A DNA stretch of 64,000 nt from Octopus vulgaris (GCA_951406725.2 OX597834.1:46810001-46874000); one strand, 5' to 3'; counted from the first letter of the stretch, positions 38,013-51,510 are shown. Notes: generated from the letters alone by a model not told the origin. Translations and numbers: made by a program.

Positions 38013-38959
38013 TACATACACACATACATATATATATATTATATTATATGCATTTATTAAGAACATTTCACACACACGCACATATATATATAGGTATATG
38101 TTTATTTGTATGCTCATATGTGAGTGTGTGTATGTATTTGTGCACGTATGCATGTGCAGATGTATATATTTACATATGCATCCAAACACACACGTAGACA
38201 CACACATTAGATACACATCCAAACACACACGTAATTGCAAAGCATTTTGATCTGCTTTGGAATATATTCATTCTGGATTCCTGATCTTTGATATATGATG
38301 ATCTCCGGTGCCAGCGAGAGCCATTAGCAGCTTTTGTCTGCGCTGTATGCACCAATATAACGCTATTACATTTCAACAATGCAACACAGTTGCACCAGCA
38401 GCAGTCTTCTGTGCACTTTACCATTCATTCCTTTTATTGCATACACTTACACACACACACACACACACACACTCACATATACACATACGCACGCTCACAC
38501 ATGCACACACACACACAGAACAGTGTGCAACAGATTCATTAAATGCATCATATTTTGCACATCACAGCAACCTTAGCCTATTGCTATGCGTTTTCGGAGA
38601 GGTTTTTTTTTGCTATTTTTTTTTTGCTTTTTATTTCTATTATACTTTTGATCTGTTCCTGGTTTTGGCTTTGATCTTTGGACTGTGGCCAGTCTGGAGC
38701 ACTGCCTGCAAGTTTTAATTTTTCATTTTTCTTCTTTTTTTTAATTTTTGTTATCCTTTAAAGCTCTTCTTTCTTTCTGATCGTGTCGACATGGGCTGTT
38801 AGGATGTTTACTTAAATTCATTTGATCAACTTCCATTTAATTCATCAGTTTGTACAGTTATGATCATTCCTGATGTAGAGAATATAAGTCAATGCACAGT
38901 CTTATAGAGGTAAACACAGGTATACATATGCATGTGCATGCACATAATGTGTATGTGTT

Positions 38960-38992
<33 letters not shown>

Positions 38993-39021
38993 ATGTATAT
39001 GTATGTATATATGTATGTATG

Positions 39022-39057
<36 letters not shown>

Positions 39058-39311
39058 TATATATACACACATATATATATATACACACATATATATATAT
39101 ATATACTCACACATACATACATACATATATCCATTTTACCAGTTCTAGTCAAATCGTCCAACCTATGTCAGCATGGAAATCAGATGCTAAAAGATGATGA
39201 TGAATATGTGTGTGTGTGTATGCATGTTTGTGGCTGTGTTGCTTTCCTCCACTTCACTCTCTATTTCATATATTATCTAGAATAACCATTGCGTAACCAT
39301 TTTCTCACACT

Positions 39312-39359
39312 GTCTCTGATGAAGGGATATATAAATTATCCCAGAAACAGCTGTAAGAC
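39312..39359 (+). ncRNA. Minimal type I hammerhead ribozyme, canonical core
   Basis: Stem I GTCT/AGAC; CTGATGA; stem II GGGATA/TATCCC; GAAA; palindromic ACAGCTGT; GUA cleavage triplet ending at 39355. Confidence 0.8.
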
Positions 39360-39429
39360 CTTCTATTTATAAATGTTCTGAAATCTTTCACTGCCTTGGA
39401 CTTTTATCTCATTCTGTTAATTTTTATAT

Positions 39430-40738
39430 CATCATCATCATCATCATCATCGTTTAGCGTCCGCTTTCCATGCTAGCATGGGTTGGACGGTTCAACTGGG
39501 GTCTGTGAAGCCAGAAGGCTGCATCAGGCCCAGTCTGATCTGGCAGTGTTTCTACGGCTGGATGCCCTTCCTAACGCCAACCACTCCGTAAGTGTAGTGG
39601 GTGCGAGACTGGCAATGGCCACGAACGGATGGTGCATTTTACGTGTCACCGGGACGGAGGCCAGTCGGGGCGGCGCTGGCAACGGCCACGATCAGGTGGT
39701 TTGCTTACTTGTCACCAGCACTGGTATCACTGCCACAATTTCCATTGATGTTGATCGACTTCGATTTTGGTTCTGCTTTCTGATATCTGATTTGATTTGG
39801 CTTGATTTGATTTTGATTTTCACTTGCCTCAATGGGTCTTCACAGGTGGAGTTTTGTGTCCCAAGAAGGAAAGGTATGTATAAGTCGACTGGCTACATAC
39901 CAGGTAGAGGCCACGGGTTATGGTCTCACTAGTCTTGCCGGGTCTTCTCACGCACAGCATACTTCCATAGGTCTCGGCCTCTTGTCATTTCCTTGGTGAG
40001 ACCTAAAGTTCGAAGGTCATGCTTCACCACCTCGTCCCAGGTTTTCCTAGGTCTACCTCTTTCTTCCACAGGTTCCCTCAACTGCTAGGGTGTGGCACTT
40101 TTGCACACAACTATCTTCAGCCATTCTCGTCACATGACCATACCAGCGCAAACGTCTCTCTTGCACACCACAACTGATGCTTCTTAGGTCCAACTTTTCT
40201 CTCAAGGTACTTACACTCTGTCGATTATGAACACTGACATTACACATCCATCGGAGCATACTGGCTTCATTTCTTGCGAGCTTACGCATATCTTCAGCAG
40301 TCACAGCCCATGTTTCACTACCATGTAGCATGGCTGTACGTACACATGCATCATACAGTCTGCCTTTTACTTTGAGCGAGAAGCCTTTTGTCACCAGCAG
40401 GGGTAAGAGCTCTCTAAACTTTGCCCCGGCTATTCTTACTCTAGCAGTTACACTTTCAGCACACCCACCCCCACTACTGACTTGGTCACCTAGGTAGCGG
40501 AAGCTATCAACTACTTCTAGTTTTTCTCCCTGGAATGTGGTAGAAGTTGGTCTCTGCACATTTTCAGTGTTTATTGCTCCTGAGCATCTGCCACAGACAA
40601 AAACTATTTTCCTAGTTAGCCTTCCTTTGACATTGCTGCACCTCTTATGTGTCCATAGCTTACACTTGGTGCACCTTATAGAGTTTCTACCTACACCTTT
40701 TTTACAGATCGAGCAGGGCCATCTACCTGAAGTCGTTT

Positions 40739-40739
<1 letters not shown>
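39430..40739 (-). mobile_element. 5'-truncated RTE LINE (same family as 8628-9633)
   Basis: Cys-rich WPCSICKK..C..C..HKRC..C..C insert, FRYLG, ERRLRWYGHV, 3' UTR, (GAT)n tail. Confidence 0.95.
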
Positions 40740-40810
<71 letters not shown>

Positions 40811-40900
40811 TATGTGAGTTGTCTAAGAGGCCATAAATCAGGGAAAAGATGCACTCTTATATCTGTCACTAGAGTAGGTATTTTATCTGAATAGTATCAC

Positions 40901-41107
40901 ATTAAATATCTATCTTGGCTGATCTTACCAATCAGTTTCACATAAAGAATGCAATGGAGTGTTAAGTAACAAACTAGTCTCCATATTCCCTTTCATATCA
41001 GCTAACCCTGATGAGCATAAAGTTATATAATCGCTTTGTTACCTAACACTCCATTGTATTCTTTAAGCGAAACAGATTGATAAGACCAGCCATGATGGAT
41101 ATTTAAT
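40901..41107. repeat. Inverted repeat with degenerate hammerhead-like motif
   Basis: Arms 40901-40973 / 41035-41107; CTGATGA-GCATAAAG...CTTTAAGC-GAAAC at 41008-41073. Confidence 0.65.
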
Positions 41108-43199
41108 ACTATGCATTTTGGATATTATATATATATATATGGTAAGGGTGCATGGCCTAATGGTTAGGGTGTTGCACTCATAATCATGAGATCATGGTTT
41201 CAATTCCTAGACCAGGTGGTGCATTGTGTTCTTGAGCAAAACACTTCATTTCACAATCTTCTGCAAATATTTTGGTACCTGATGCATGGTACACCGTTCA
41301 ACTGTTCAGACAACATCTATATGAGGGAAAGAATGAGCGAATGTACAGTACTAAAAATAAATTATTTGTGCAGGTCATTCAGTAGAAGCAGAAAATTCAT
41401 ACATCATCTTCAATGAGAGAGTCCATCATCATCATATATATATATATATCATCATCATCATTGTTGTTTAACGTCAGCTTTCCATGCTGGCATGGGTTGG
41501 ACGGTTTGACTGATGACTGGCAAGCTAAAGAGGCTGCACCAAGCTCCAATCTGATCTGGTAAGGTATCTACAGCTGGATGCTCTTCCTAACAGCAACCAC
41601 TCCAAGAGTATAATGGGTGCTTTTTAGGTGCCACCAACATGGTAGCCAGTCAGGCAACACTGACAATGCAAGTCTGGTTAAGAAGTTCCTTTTCCAACCA
41701 CATGGTTCCAGGTTCAGTCCCACTACACCGCACCTAGAGCAAGTGTCTTCTACCATAGCACCGGGCAAATGCCAATAAGGTCAACTTTGCCTTTAATCCT
41801 TGCAGAGTCAATAAATTAAGTACCAATGAAACACAAGTTGATGTAATTGTCCAGTCCCCTCCCTCCGGCATTCAGCTCTGAGCACAGTGCATCTTATAGC
41901 AGAAACAGCTGTAAGCTAATGAAGTTCATAAGATTATCGTTGATTCCTTTGATATCTTAAAGGTGGCAAGCTGGCAGAAACAGGATCTAGTCTTCCTCAT
42001 TTGCAAAATGAGCCCCCCACTGCCATAATTTTGCTCAGATTGCTTTCAATTTTGGTGTATCGATGCAACTCTGAATTTTGATTACGATCAATCAGTTACT
42101 TTATCTCGTAAATTAAAGAATCTGATGTTATTTGGCATTAAAATTGGGGTAATTTGGGTAATTTTAGCCAATCAACAGACAGCATGGCAATAGCAGCTTT
42201 TTACCATGACAACCACATGCTGTATTGTGGTTCACTGTTGTCTATGTTGATTTTTCACCCGCGTTTTTTGTCTTAATTTTTCTGTGTGTTAGTATATTAC
42301 ATATTTTTCTGTGCTTTTTCTGCGTTAGTACTTTTACATACTTTTAATTTCATATATCTTTGGGACTCATTGACTCACATAGCTGGAGTTATGATTTCAC
42401 TAGGTTATCACTGGGTCACACATACTCCCCCTGATGGTAATATTGATTTCAAGGCTTTCCCAGATGAGTAACTGGTTATTCAAAGACATTTATAGATTGT
42501 AAATTTATTCTGTCCAGTTACCTATCGGTATAGTGGTCATTTACAAACTCCAGAGCTGACACTTTCATTTCTCCTTAGCCCTCACGTCACACAGTTGTTA
42601 ATGTTTATTTCAGTTGGGTCACGCCCTTCCAATTGCTATAGATTCCTAATGCATCTTAAGGCTGTGCCTGTCACCTGGATGGTTAATCCTACATTGGGAG
42701 TGGTAAGGACTAGGGTGGGGTAGCTGACTGCTTATTGTGATCATTCGTCTTTTGGTTTCCTCTGGCTTTGCTCTCTTTTACAAACCCAGTGAACATATAT
42801 TTTTTATTTCAAAGAAATTCAAACAATACATATAAGACCCAGGTTAAAAAGATTCTCAACAATTCAACTTCTCTAGTTGACATTAAGACAACCATCTCCA
42901 ATAGGGGCCTTAGCTCCCACATTTTAGACCTCCATGACCTCCATTTTTCAGGAGCAAAATCCTTTTAACAGGTTCCATAAGACTGGAATTTTGGAATCTG
43001 TGCATAAAGATAAGTAGTGTGGAATACATGCGTCATGATTAGAATTTTTTTAGGGTGTGTAAAGAGGGAAAGAACCCTCACCTGCAATTTTGATGAAATT
43101 CGAATCATAGGTATTCCAGTTCATTAGAGAAAATATAACAGAAAAGTCTAATTCTCCAGTTGCCTGTAACACAGGCAATGCTGGGTATCTATGCTAGTA

Positions 43200-43386
43200 T
43201 TCATATTTTTAAAACTGACACTCCTCTCATCAGGATGTTTTCACACAATACAGAAAAAAAAACAAATAAATATTTATTTATTTTCTTTTTTCTGTATTGT
43301 GTGAAAACATCCTGATGAGGGGAGTGTCAGTTTTAAAAATATGAAATATATATTACTTGACACATCTCTGAAACAGCCCATAGATG
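43200..43386. repeat. Spacer-less palindrome (43200-43345) running into a hammerhead-like motif (43308-43386, +)
   Basis: CATC-CTGATGA-GGGGAGTGTCA...TGACACATCTCT-GAAAC-AGCCCATA-GATG. Confidence 0.7.
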
Positions 43387-43939
43387 GAATTTAAAAATGT
43401 TTGTATTTTCGTGGTATTTTAGTACATCCTTTTAAAGTTTTATCATCTCAAATTTTTGTTACACCAATGTATTATAACTTTTAAATCTAAAATTCACTGT
43501 GTTTTATGTATCACATCGATATTTATCTATTTATATATATTTTTATATTTATATATTTGGAATTTTTATATCCGTTTTATAAATGTAGAAGAATATGTGT
43601 ATATATCTGATTTTGAATGTGGTTATTAATTACATTCCTCTAGTTTCCGCTTGTATTGCCTCCATTGAGATTATTAAGCGGAATATAGCTCACTTGCAGC
43701 ACTACAACTCCAGCCTGTATTTTATTTGCGGGCATTGTTAACACTAGCAATCTCAAAATAAAGCAGAGGATTTTATATATAAAGTTAATCCAAACATGCA
43801 AACACAAAGAGAAAACACAACAACGCGAGGACATGGAACAAGTATAGTATTATTGGATGCTCATTTTATATATATATATATACACACACACACATACATA
43901 TGCATAATATACATATACATACATATATATATATATACA

Positions 43940-44403
43940 CCTGTGTCTAGCACCTGTGTCGGTGACACATAAGAAAACACCATCCGAGCGTGGCCGTCTG
44001 CCAGCCTCGTCTGGCACTTGTGTCGGTGGCACATAAAACACCATCCGAGCGTGGCCGTCTGCCAGCCTCGTCTGGCACCTGTGTCGGTGGCACATAAAAA
44101 ACACCATCCGAGCGTGGCCGTCTGCCAGCCTCGTCTGGCACCTGTGTCGGTGGCACATAAAAAACACCATCCGAGCGTGGCCGTCTGCCAGCCTCGTCTG
44201 GCACCTGTGTCGGTGGCACATAAAATCACCCACTACACTCTCGGAGTGGTTGGCGTTAGGAAGGGCATCCAGCTGTAGAAACACTGCCACATCTGACTGG
44301 CCTGGTGCAGCCTTCGGGCTTCCCAGACCCCAGTTGAACCGTCCAACCCATGCTAGCATGGAAAGCGGACGTTAAACGATGATGATGATGATGATGATGA
44401 TGA
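43940..44403 (+). mobile_element. RTE 3' UTR with a 61-63-bp minisatellite (4 units)
   Basis: CATCCGAG at 43981, 44042, 44105, 44168, then the standard RTE tail. Confidence 0.9.
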
Positions 44404-44559
44404 TACACACACATATATATATTTATATATATACACGCACACACATATATATACCTATGTTCATACATGCATATATACACGTATTTACACACACACATGC
44501 GCGCACGCATATATAGGGTGTTTGAGCTATAAAAGGAAAAGACAATACAATATCCCATC

Positions 44560-44960
44560 CAGTGGTAAGTAACCTGCTTACTAACCACAGGGTTTCGGGT
44601 ACAGTCCCACTGCATGGCACCTTGGGCAAGTGTCTTCTACTGTAGCCTCAGGCCAACCAAAGCCTTGTGAGTGGATTTGGTAGACAGAAACTGAAAGAAG
44701 CCCGACGTATATATATATATATATATATGCATATATATATATATATATATATGTCTGTGTGTTGTTTGTGTGTCTGTGTTTGTCCCCCCAACATTGCTTG
44801 ACAACCAATGCTGGTGTGTTTACATCCCCGTCAAGAGAGACCGATAGAATAAGTACTAGGCTTACAAAGAATAAGTCCTGGGGTCAATTTGCTCGACTGA
44901 AGGCGGTGCTCCAGCATGGCCACAGTCAAATGACTGAAACAAATAAAAGAATAAAAGAAT
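44560..44960 (+). mobile_element. SINE family B
   Basis: Head, microsatellite and tail. Confidence 0.9.
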
Positions 44961-44964
44961 AAAA

Positions 44965-45790
44965 GAAAAGAATATAAAAAAATACCAACTCGATTATGGC
45001 TGGTAGATAACAGTTTACTCAAAATAGCCACCTTCAGCTTCCACTACAGCCTCAAGATAGCTCCGGAATCCAGCGTATGCATTCCTCACTGTGTCCCTGA
45101 GATCTTCAAACACCTACTTGATCTTGATCACCAGTTCAGCCTTGGTGTTGCAAGCAGAGCAGTTGGTGTCTTTCTCAACTGTGCCCCATGCATAGTAATC
45201 CATGGGATTCCAATTGGGCAACTTAATAACTCGACTCCATTGGTCGTGAATAACCATGGGTGCACTCAAGAGGTTCCCCTCTTGGATACAAGTCTGGACG
45301 GAAAGTCACTTCACCAGCAAACGAACAACCTAGGGTTGTTTTTATGGAAGACTAGCAGTCAACCATGCATACCAGCCTCCCCTCTTCATGCCACCAATGT
45401 TATCCAAGGGAAAGGCAAAGGGGCTGATATAGCTTGGCACCAGTGATGTTACAACTCATTTCCAGTGAACTGGAGTAATGTGAAATAAAGTTTCTTGCTC
45501 AAGAACACAACATGCAGCCTGGTCCAGGAATCAAACTCTCATCCTCACGATCATAAGCTCGATGCTCTAACTACTGAGCCATGCTTATGAGGCCAGAAAT
45601 TGGGATTTTTGAAATTGAAATTCTCTGATAACCACTTCTGACTCTTTCCTGAGGTATGGCAAGGAGCCGAATCCTGCTACAACACACATAGGTTTTCCAG
45701 CACCAACTCTCCCTAGCCAGGGTTTGACCTCAGTCTCCAGAAGCATCACATAACCATCAGAATTGAATCTAAGGTCCTGTTCATCAGTTG
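44965..45790 (-). mobile_element. mariner/maT-like transposase remnant interrupted by a SINE (45225-45585)
   Basis: QDSAPCHTS..SQKWL, NFWP | NPMDYYAWG, AVVEAEGGYFE. Confidence 0.8.
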
Positions 45791-46479
45791 TTAGATGAAT
45801 TACTGCAGATGCAGTCAGAACACCTACCGTATCCCTTTCTGCTGGCCATAGCTTTGTAGTCTCCATTGCAGCTGTCTCTCTCACATCTTACAGCTTTTAC
45901 ATTGATCACAGACAGTTGAGCAACAGTCATGATGCTGGTTGATACTCAGCACAAATCAACATGATACAGGTAACTTTTTTCCAGTATTCAGATGGCTTCT
46001 AGTTCTCCATGCCAACAAACTTTTACTCAACCACAACTTCAATCTTTATACAGTTCTATATTTAAGAGATGAGGAATTATGTACATTATTTACATTTGAT
46101 GGATACTTGTCCTCATCTTAGTTGTTGTTAACACATTTCAGCTTTAATACCCTCCAGCCTTCAGCCACGCCTTCACACAGGCACAGGCATGGCTATCTGG
46201 TAAGAAACTTGCTTCCCAATCACATGGTTTTGGCTTCAGTCCCACTGCATGGCACCTCAGACAAGTGGCTTTTACTATAGCCTTGGGCCAACCAAAGCCT
46301 TGTGAGTGGATTTGATAGATGGAAACTGAAAGAGGGCCATCACATATATATATATATATGTGTGTGTGTCTGTGTGTCTGTGCTTGTCTCCCCAGCACTG
46401 CTTGACAGCCAATGCTGGTGCATTTATGTCACCTTAACTTACCAGTTTGCCCAAAAGGTGTATGATAGTATAAGCATGG

Positions 46480-46680
46480 GTATTATTCCAAGACTCTTGT
46501 AATAGTGTCATTTGTGGTGGATGCATTCAAAAGGAGTTTATATTTTGTGATAAAGTATGACTCTTTACTAATGCACTGCCTATAGGTTGCATCATCTCCG
46601 AATTGATTGAGGGGGAAAATTCCGAGGCTGGGTTGTTTGTTATTGGTGCAAATGTCGATGTGTTGGCTGAATGCTATATA
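46480..46680 (-). mobile_element. Penelope GIY-YIG C-terminal fragment
   Basis: Closely similar to 52930-53120 (KESYFITKYK..LN). Confidence 0.8.
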
Positions 46681-46749
46681 TGTATTACCAGACTAAGCAC
46701 AAATGTGAAACACGGTGGAAAAAATAGTACTCAAATACAGGAGATAGAG

Positions 46750-47138
46750 TAGTGGCTGTGTAGTAAAATGCTTGCTTACCAACTACATGGTTCTGGGTTC
46801 AGTCCCACTGCGTGGCACTTTGGGCACGTATCTTCTCTTATAGCCTAGGGCCGACCAAAGCCTTGTGAGTGGATTTAGTAGACGGAAATTGAAAGAAGCT
46901 CGTCATATATGTGTATCTGTATATATATGTGTGTGTGTCTGTGTTTGTCCCCCCAACATCGCTTGACAACCGATGCTGGTGTGTTTATGTCCCCGTAACG
47001 TAGCGGTTCAGCAGAAGAGACCGATAGAATAAGTACTAAGCTTACAAAGAATAAGTCCTGGGGTCGATTTGCTCGACTAAAAGGTGGTGCTCCAGCATGG
47101 CCACAGTCAAATGACTGAAACAAGTAAAAGAGTAAAGA
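46750..47138 (+). mobile_element. SINE family B
   Basis: Full-length copy; another partial copy at 46185-46480. Confidence 0.9.
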
Positions 47139-47467
47139 GCCATGACCACTGCACATTAAATTTCCACCTGGAGCAAATTGCCTCTTTCCCATTTAAGACA
47201 ACAGAATATGAGTCAAAGTTGATTGCCTGCTATTTCTAGCAAATCAGCATAACCATGGTTAGCTTGAGACAGTGAAGGTATTTCAGATAGGGTTAGGGTC
47301 TGGTTGCTTTCGTTGTTGTTGTTGTTGTAGCTCGATCCTGCTATCATTGCCAACTGTTGTTATTAATGTTGTTGTTTTTATTGGTTGTTGATATTGTTGA
47401 TGTTGTTGTTCTGCCACTGCTGCTACTGTATCATTCTTAAAATAGATGCTCTCTCTCTCTCTCTATC

Positions 47468-47515
<48 letters not shown>

Positions 47516-48126
47516 GTATAAAATATATATTATGCATAAAATATGTGTATACGCTTGCATATGTGTGTATATGTTTGTGTGTGTGGGTGTACAATGCATA
47601 AAATACGTCTGTATGCATGTGTATATATACATATATTATATACATATTTATGTGTGTATGTGTACTTATATGTGTTTGTATGTATGTAGTCCCTCTCTTT
47701 CTCTTTTTATTCTTTTGTAATATTTCTATCATTTGCTACCCTCATGGAAATCAGATTATACACACACACACACACATTCTTTGGATGAAGGGTGAAGAGG
47801 GGTTGGGGGTGAACAGATGAGTCTGAGTGGGTGGCGAAGATATGAGATAATTCTTAGTGGGGTTAGGCTTAGAATTTAGTATTTTTGCACTCTGTTTTCT
47901 TGGAGGTGGTTTATACACACACACATGTATATATATATATATATATATATTTCCAAGAAAGTTAGGGGTTGTGGATCCAACCCACAAAGGGATAATATCT
48001 ATCCAATATACTGCTGGTGGAATACCCAATTATTAGTAACACACAAGTGTTTTTTATTGCATTGCAATTACATTACCGAGTGTACAAAATGAGTGAAGGT
48101 AAAGAGATATTTTACCATTAATTTAT

Positions 48127-48246
48127 AGAGCAATAAGAAAATGGAGGGGATCAATAAGTGGTTCGTCAACTTTTAGACATAAGTTGACATAATATAATGT
48201 CTAAAAGTTGATGAACCACCTATTGATTCCCTCCATTTTCTGATTG

Positions 48247-48250
<4 letters not shown>
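48127..48250. repeat. Inverted repeat, 54-bp arms, 16-bp spacer
   Basis: 48127-48180 vs 48197-48250; adjoins (CT)n(AT)n. Confidence 0.8.
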
Positions 48251-48315
<65 letters not shown>

Positions 48316-48414
48316 ATATTGAGTATATGGTTTAACATGTAAAACAAAGTTTGACAAATTCAATCATATTTTTCTTAAATGGAGGAGATTAGATTCTTTA
48401 TTCTTTTTTTAAAA

Positions 48415-48602
48415 ATTTGTTTCAGTAATTTGACTGTGGCCATGCTGGAGCACCAGTTTTAGTCAAACAAATCAACCCCAGGACTTATCCTTTGTAAGCC
48501 TAGTATTTATTCTATCGGCCTCTTTTGCTGAACTGCTAAGTTATGGGGATATAAACACCCAAACATTGATTGTCACGCAATGATGGGGGGACAAACACAG
48601 AT

Positions 48603-48637
<35 letters not shown>

Positions 48638-48808
48638 CATATATACAACGGGCTTCTTTCAGTTTCCATCTACCAAATCCACTCACAAGGCTTTGGTCGG
48701 CCCGAGGCTATAGTAGAAGACACTTGCCCAAGGTCCCACACAGTGGGACTGAACCCTGAACCATTTGGTTGGTAAGCAAGCTACTTACCATACAGCCATT
48801 CCTGAGCC
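48415..48808 (-). mobile_element. SINE family B lying inside an older inverted repeat
   Basis: Full copy; flanking arms ~48311-48372 and ~48877-48938 are imperfect reverse complements. Confidence 0.85.
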
Positions 48809-49017
48809 TAGATGTCAATATGGATTGGAATTATTTTTATTCATTATTTCAATCCATATTAACATTTCCATTTACAAAAAATATGACTGAATTTGTTGAA
48901 CTTTGTTTAATAAGTTAAATCATATACTTAATATATTTATATAAATTTTCATATTTATGCTAATTTACATCAGTAAATTAAAGTATGAAGAAACAATGTT
49001 AGACATCTTTTGAAAAT

Positions 49018-49072
49018 TATGCCAATTAAAGGACAAATTCGCATTCAACCCTTTTAAAAAATATATTTATCT

Positions 49073-49114
<42 letters not shown>

Positions 49115-49169
49115 AGATAAATATATTTTTTAAAAGGGTTGAATGCGAATTTGTCCTTTAATTGGCATA
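49018..49169. repeat. Perfect 152-bp palindrome with (AT)n centre
   Basis: Arms 49018-49076 and 49111-49169 are exact reverse complements. Confidence 0.92.
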
Positions 49170-49176
49170 TATATAT

Positions 49177-51214
49177 CTTCCTAGACATCAACATCAAAAT
49201 ACACAACTCCATCGTCACAACAGACATCCACTACAAAAAAACTGACACACATCAATACTTAAATTTCCACTCCTGCCACCCATCCCACACAAAAAGAAAC
49301 ATCCCATATAGTATGGCACGACGAATATGTAGCATAGTAACTGATTCACAAATACGATTAATAAGACTAGATGAACTCAAAAGCTTCCTCCTAGAGCAAA
49401 AATACCCCCTTAAACTAATAGAAAATGGAATCACAAGAGCATTAAAACTAGACATCACACAACTCAGGACACCCAAAACAAAAAACAAAGAAAACACTAT
49501 CCCTTTTATAAACACACACAACCCTGGAGTTACCAACATCTTCCAAACCATACATTCAAACCTACCAATAGCCTTACAAAGCCCCAAAATGAAAAACATA
49601 TTAAACAAATATAGCATAAAAAACAGTAGACGACAGGACAAAAACCTAAAGAAACACTTAACAAGAGCGAAATTCTCTTCAGAAACTAAAACGGAATTCT
49701 TTGCAAAAGAGTGCGGAGATGGTAGATGTGGGACCTGCAGCAACCCCACCTACAAATACATAGAGAGCAACAGAGAGATAAGATTTAAAAATGGTGTCAT
49801 ATTCAAAGTAAATGCAGATATGAACTGCAAGACGCAGAACATCATATACTGCATAACCTGCCCCACGTGCAAGGAGAATTACGTAGGTGAAACTGGTAAT
49901 TCTTTGTGCCAGCGAGCCAGGATCCACCGACAACATATTCGGCAGGAAGAACTACGCAAAATACCACTAAGCACACACCTAGCTACATGTGGAGAAGGAA
50001 AATTTAAGATATTTCCCTTCTATAAGTGTTCTATAAGATATTTCTTATAAGTTCTATAAGATATTTCTTATAAGTTCTATAAGATATTTCCCTTCTATAT
50101 TCAGGAGGAATATGGAAAAACATTTCATAGCTAAGTTCTCCCCCAAATTAAATGGCTGAAACTTTACTCAACATACATTGAAGGACAAAAAATTTTTTTC
50201 GATTTACAATATGATACAGTGGAACATTTAATATATGTGTGTGTGTATATATATATAGGTGTGTGTGTGTGTATGTTACCTGTTACATACATTATATTGT
50301 TTTTGCAATTTACTTGATCTTTACTCGCCAATTGTCATTCTAACTTTAACCTTCCTATGATATGCAATTTTCAAGATGGTGTAACTTGATTGTTCATTTT
50401 GATTCGTTAGAAGGTGGATTTTTCCCTAATATTTCATGTGTAAGCATGTATATATATATATATATATATAGTGACATTGAAGGACGCATCTTTCGATTTA
50501 CAATCTAATATAGTAGAACATTTAGTATATGTCTGTGTGTGTATATGTATATATATAGATATATATATCTGTGTGTGTATAGATATGTGTATTGCCTGTT
50601 ATATACATCATATTATATTATTATCTTTATAATTCACTTCCATCTTTACCTTTTAATTGTCACTTTAATTTTAACTTTCCTATGATATACAATTTTCAAG
50701 ATGGTATAATTTGGTTGTTCATTTTTGACTGATTAAAAGTTTTTTTTTCAAATATTTTATGTATAAGTCTGTGTGTGTGTATATATATGTATTGGTATAA
50801 ATATCAACACACAAAAATATTTTTTTCTTCTTCACTTCCTCCCTTATTTTTATTTTTATTTATTTTTTATATTTTTTTTTATTTTTTATTTTTTATATTT
50901 TTAAAAAATTTTTAATTTTAATTTTTATTTTCCCTTTTCTCTTTTTGTCTCTCTCCCCTTCTCCAAACACACACAGACACACACACACACACACACGCAC
51001 ACAAACACACACAGACACACAGAGACACACACACACACACGCCTCCACAAAATGATCATAGAAAGTGTGACCCCCAAATGACATTTGTCAGGCCAACCTA
51101 CGCACAACACACACTCAGTGACATCGAAATGGACAGAGCCAAGTTCTTATAAAACCACAGAAGGTCCAGTAGACCAACGGAAATAACACTTCTTCCCTCT
51201 CAGATATAAACGTG

Positions 51215-51252
<38 letters not shown>

Positions 51253-51509
51253 TACACATACACACATGTTTTCTGTCTCACTTCCTCCTCACCCTCTTGT
51301 ACTATATCTTATTCCTCCGCACTACTACGAAACTATAAAATGTTCAAACTCCCCACAATTGATTTGATTTGAAAAGCCCACTAGATTGGGAGAAAGCGCT
51401 AATCCGAATGATATGATCTGAATGATATGATATATATGTAAAAAATGTAATATATAAATAAATATCTACAAATATGAACCATCTGATCTGATTACCTCAT
51501 TTTTTCTAA

Positions 51510-51510
<1 letters not shown>
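49177..51510 (+). mobile_element. 5'-truncated Penelope-like element (Neptune-like): RT thumb, Cys linker, GIY-YIG endonuclease, long 3' UTR
   Basis: FLD..I, YKKTDTHQYLNFHSCHP, CGDGRCGTC, NIIYCITCPTCKENYVGETGNSL..R..IH. ORF broken by a 23-bp tandem duplication at ~50020-50095 and ends FIAKFSPKLNG* at ~50158. Confidence 0.92.
51366..51404 (+). ncRNA. Degenerate hammerhead at the 3' end of the Penelope element
   Basis: GAT-TTGAAAA-GCCCA-CTAGAT-TGGGA-GAAA-GCGC-TA-ATC; palindromic AGCGCT; core mutated. Confidence 0.55.

Noticed and set aside
38170-38424. Cys-rich 84-aa minus-strand ORF in unique sequence
   Set aside because: No recognisable domain, weak splice signals, and it ends in a microsatellite; cannot be supported without transcript data.
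43950-44225. Regularly spaced repeats resembling a CRISPR array
   Set aside because: Whole units are near-identical with no unique spacers, the array is part of an RTE 3' UTR, and the context is eukaryotic with no cas genes.
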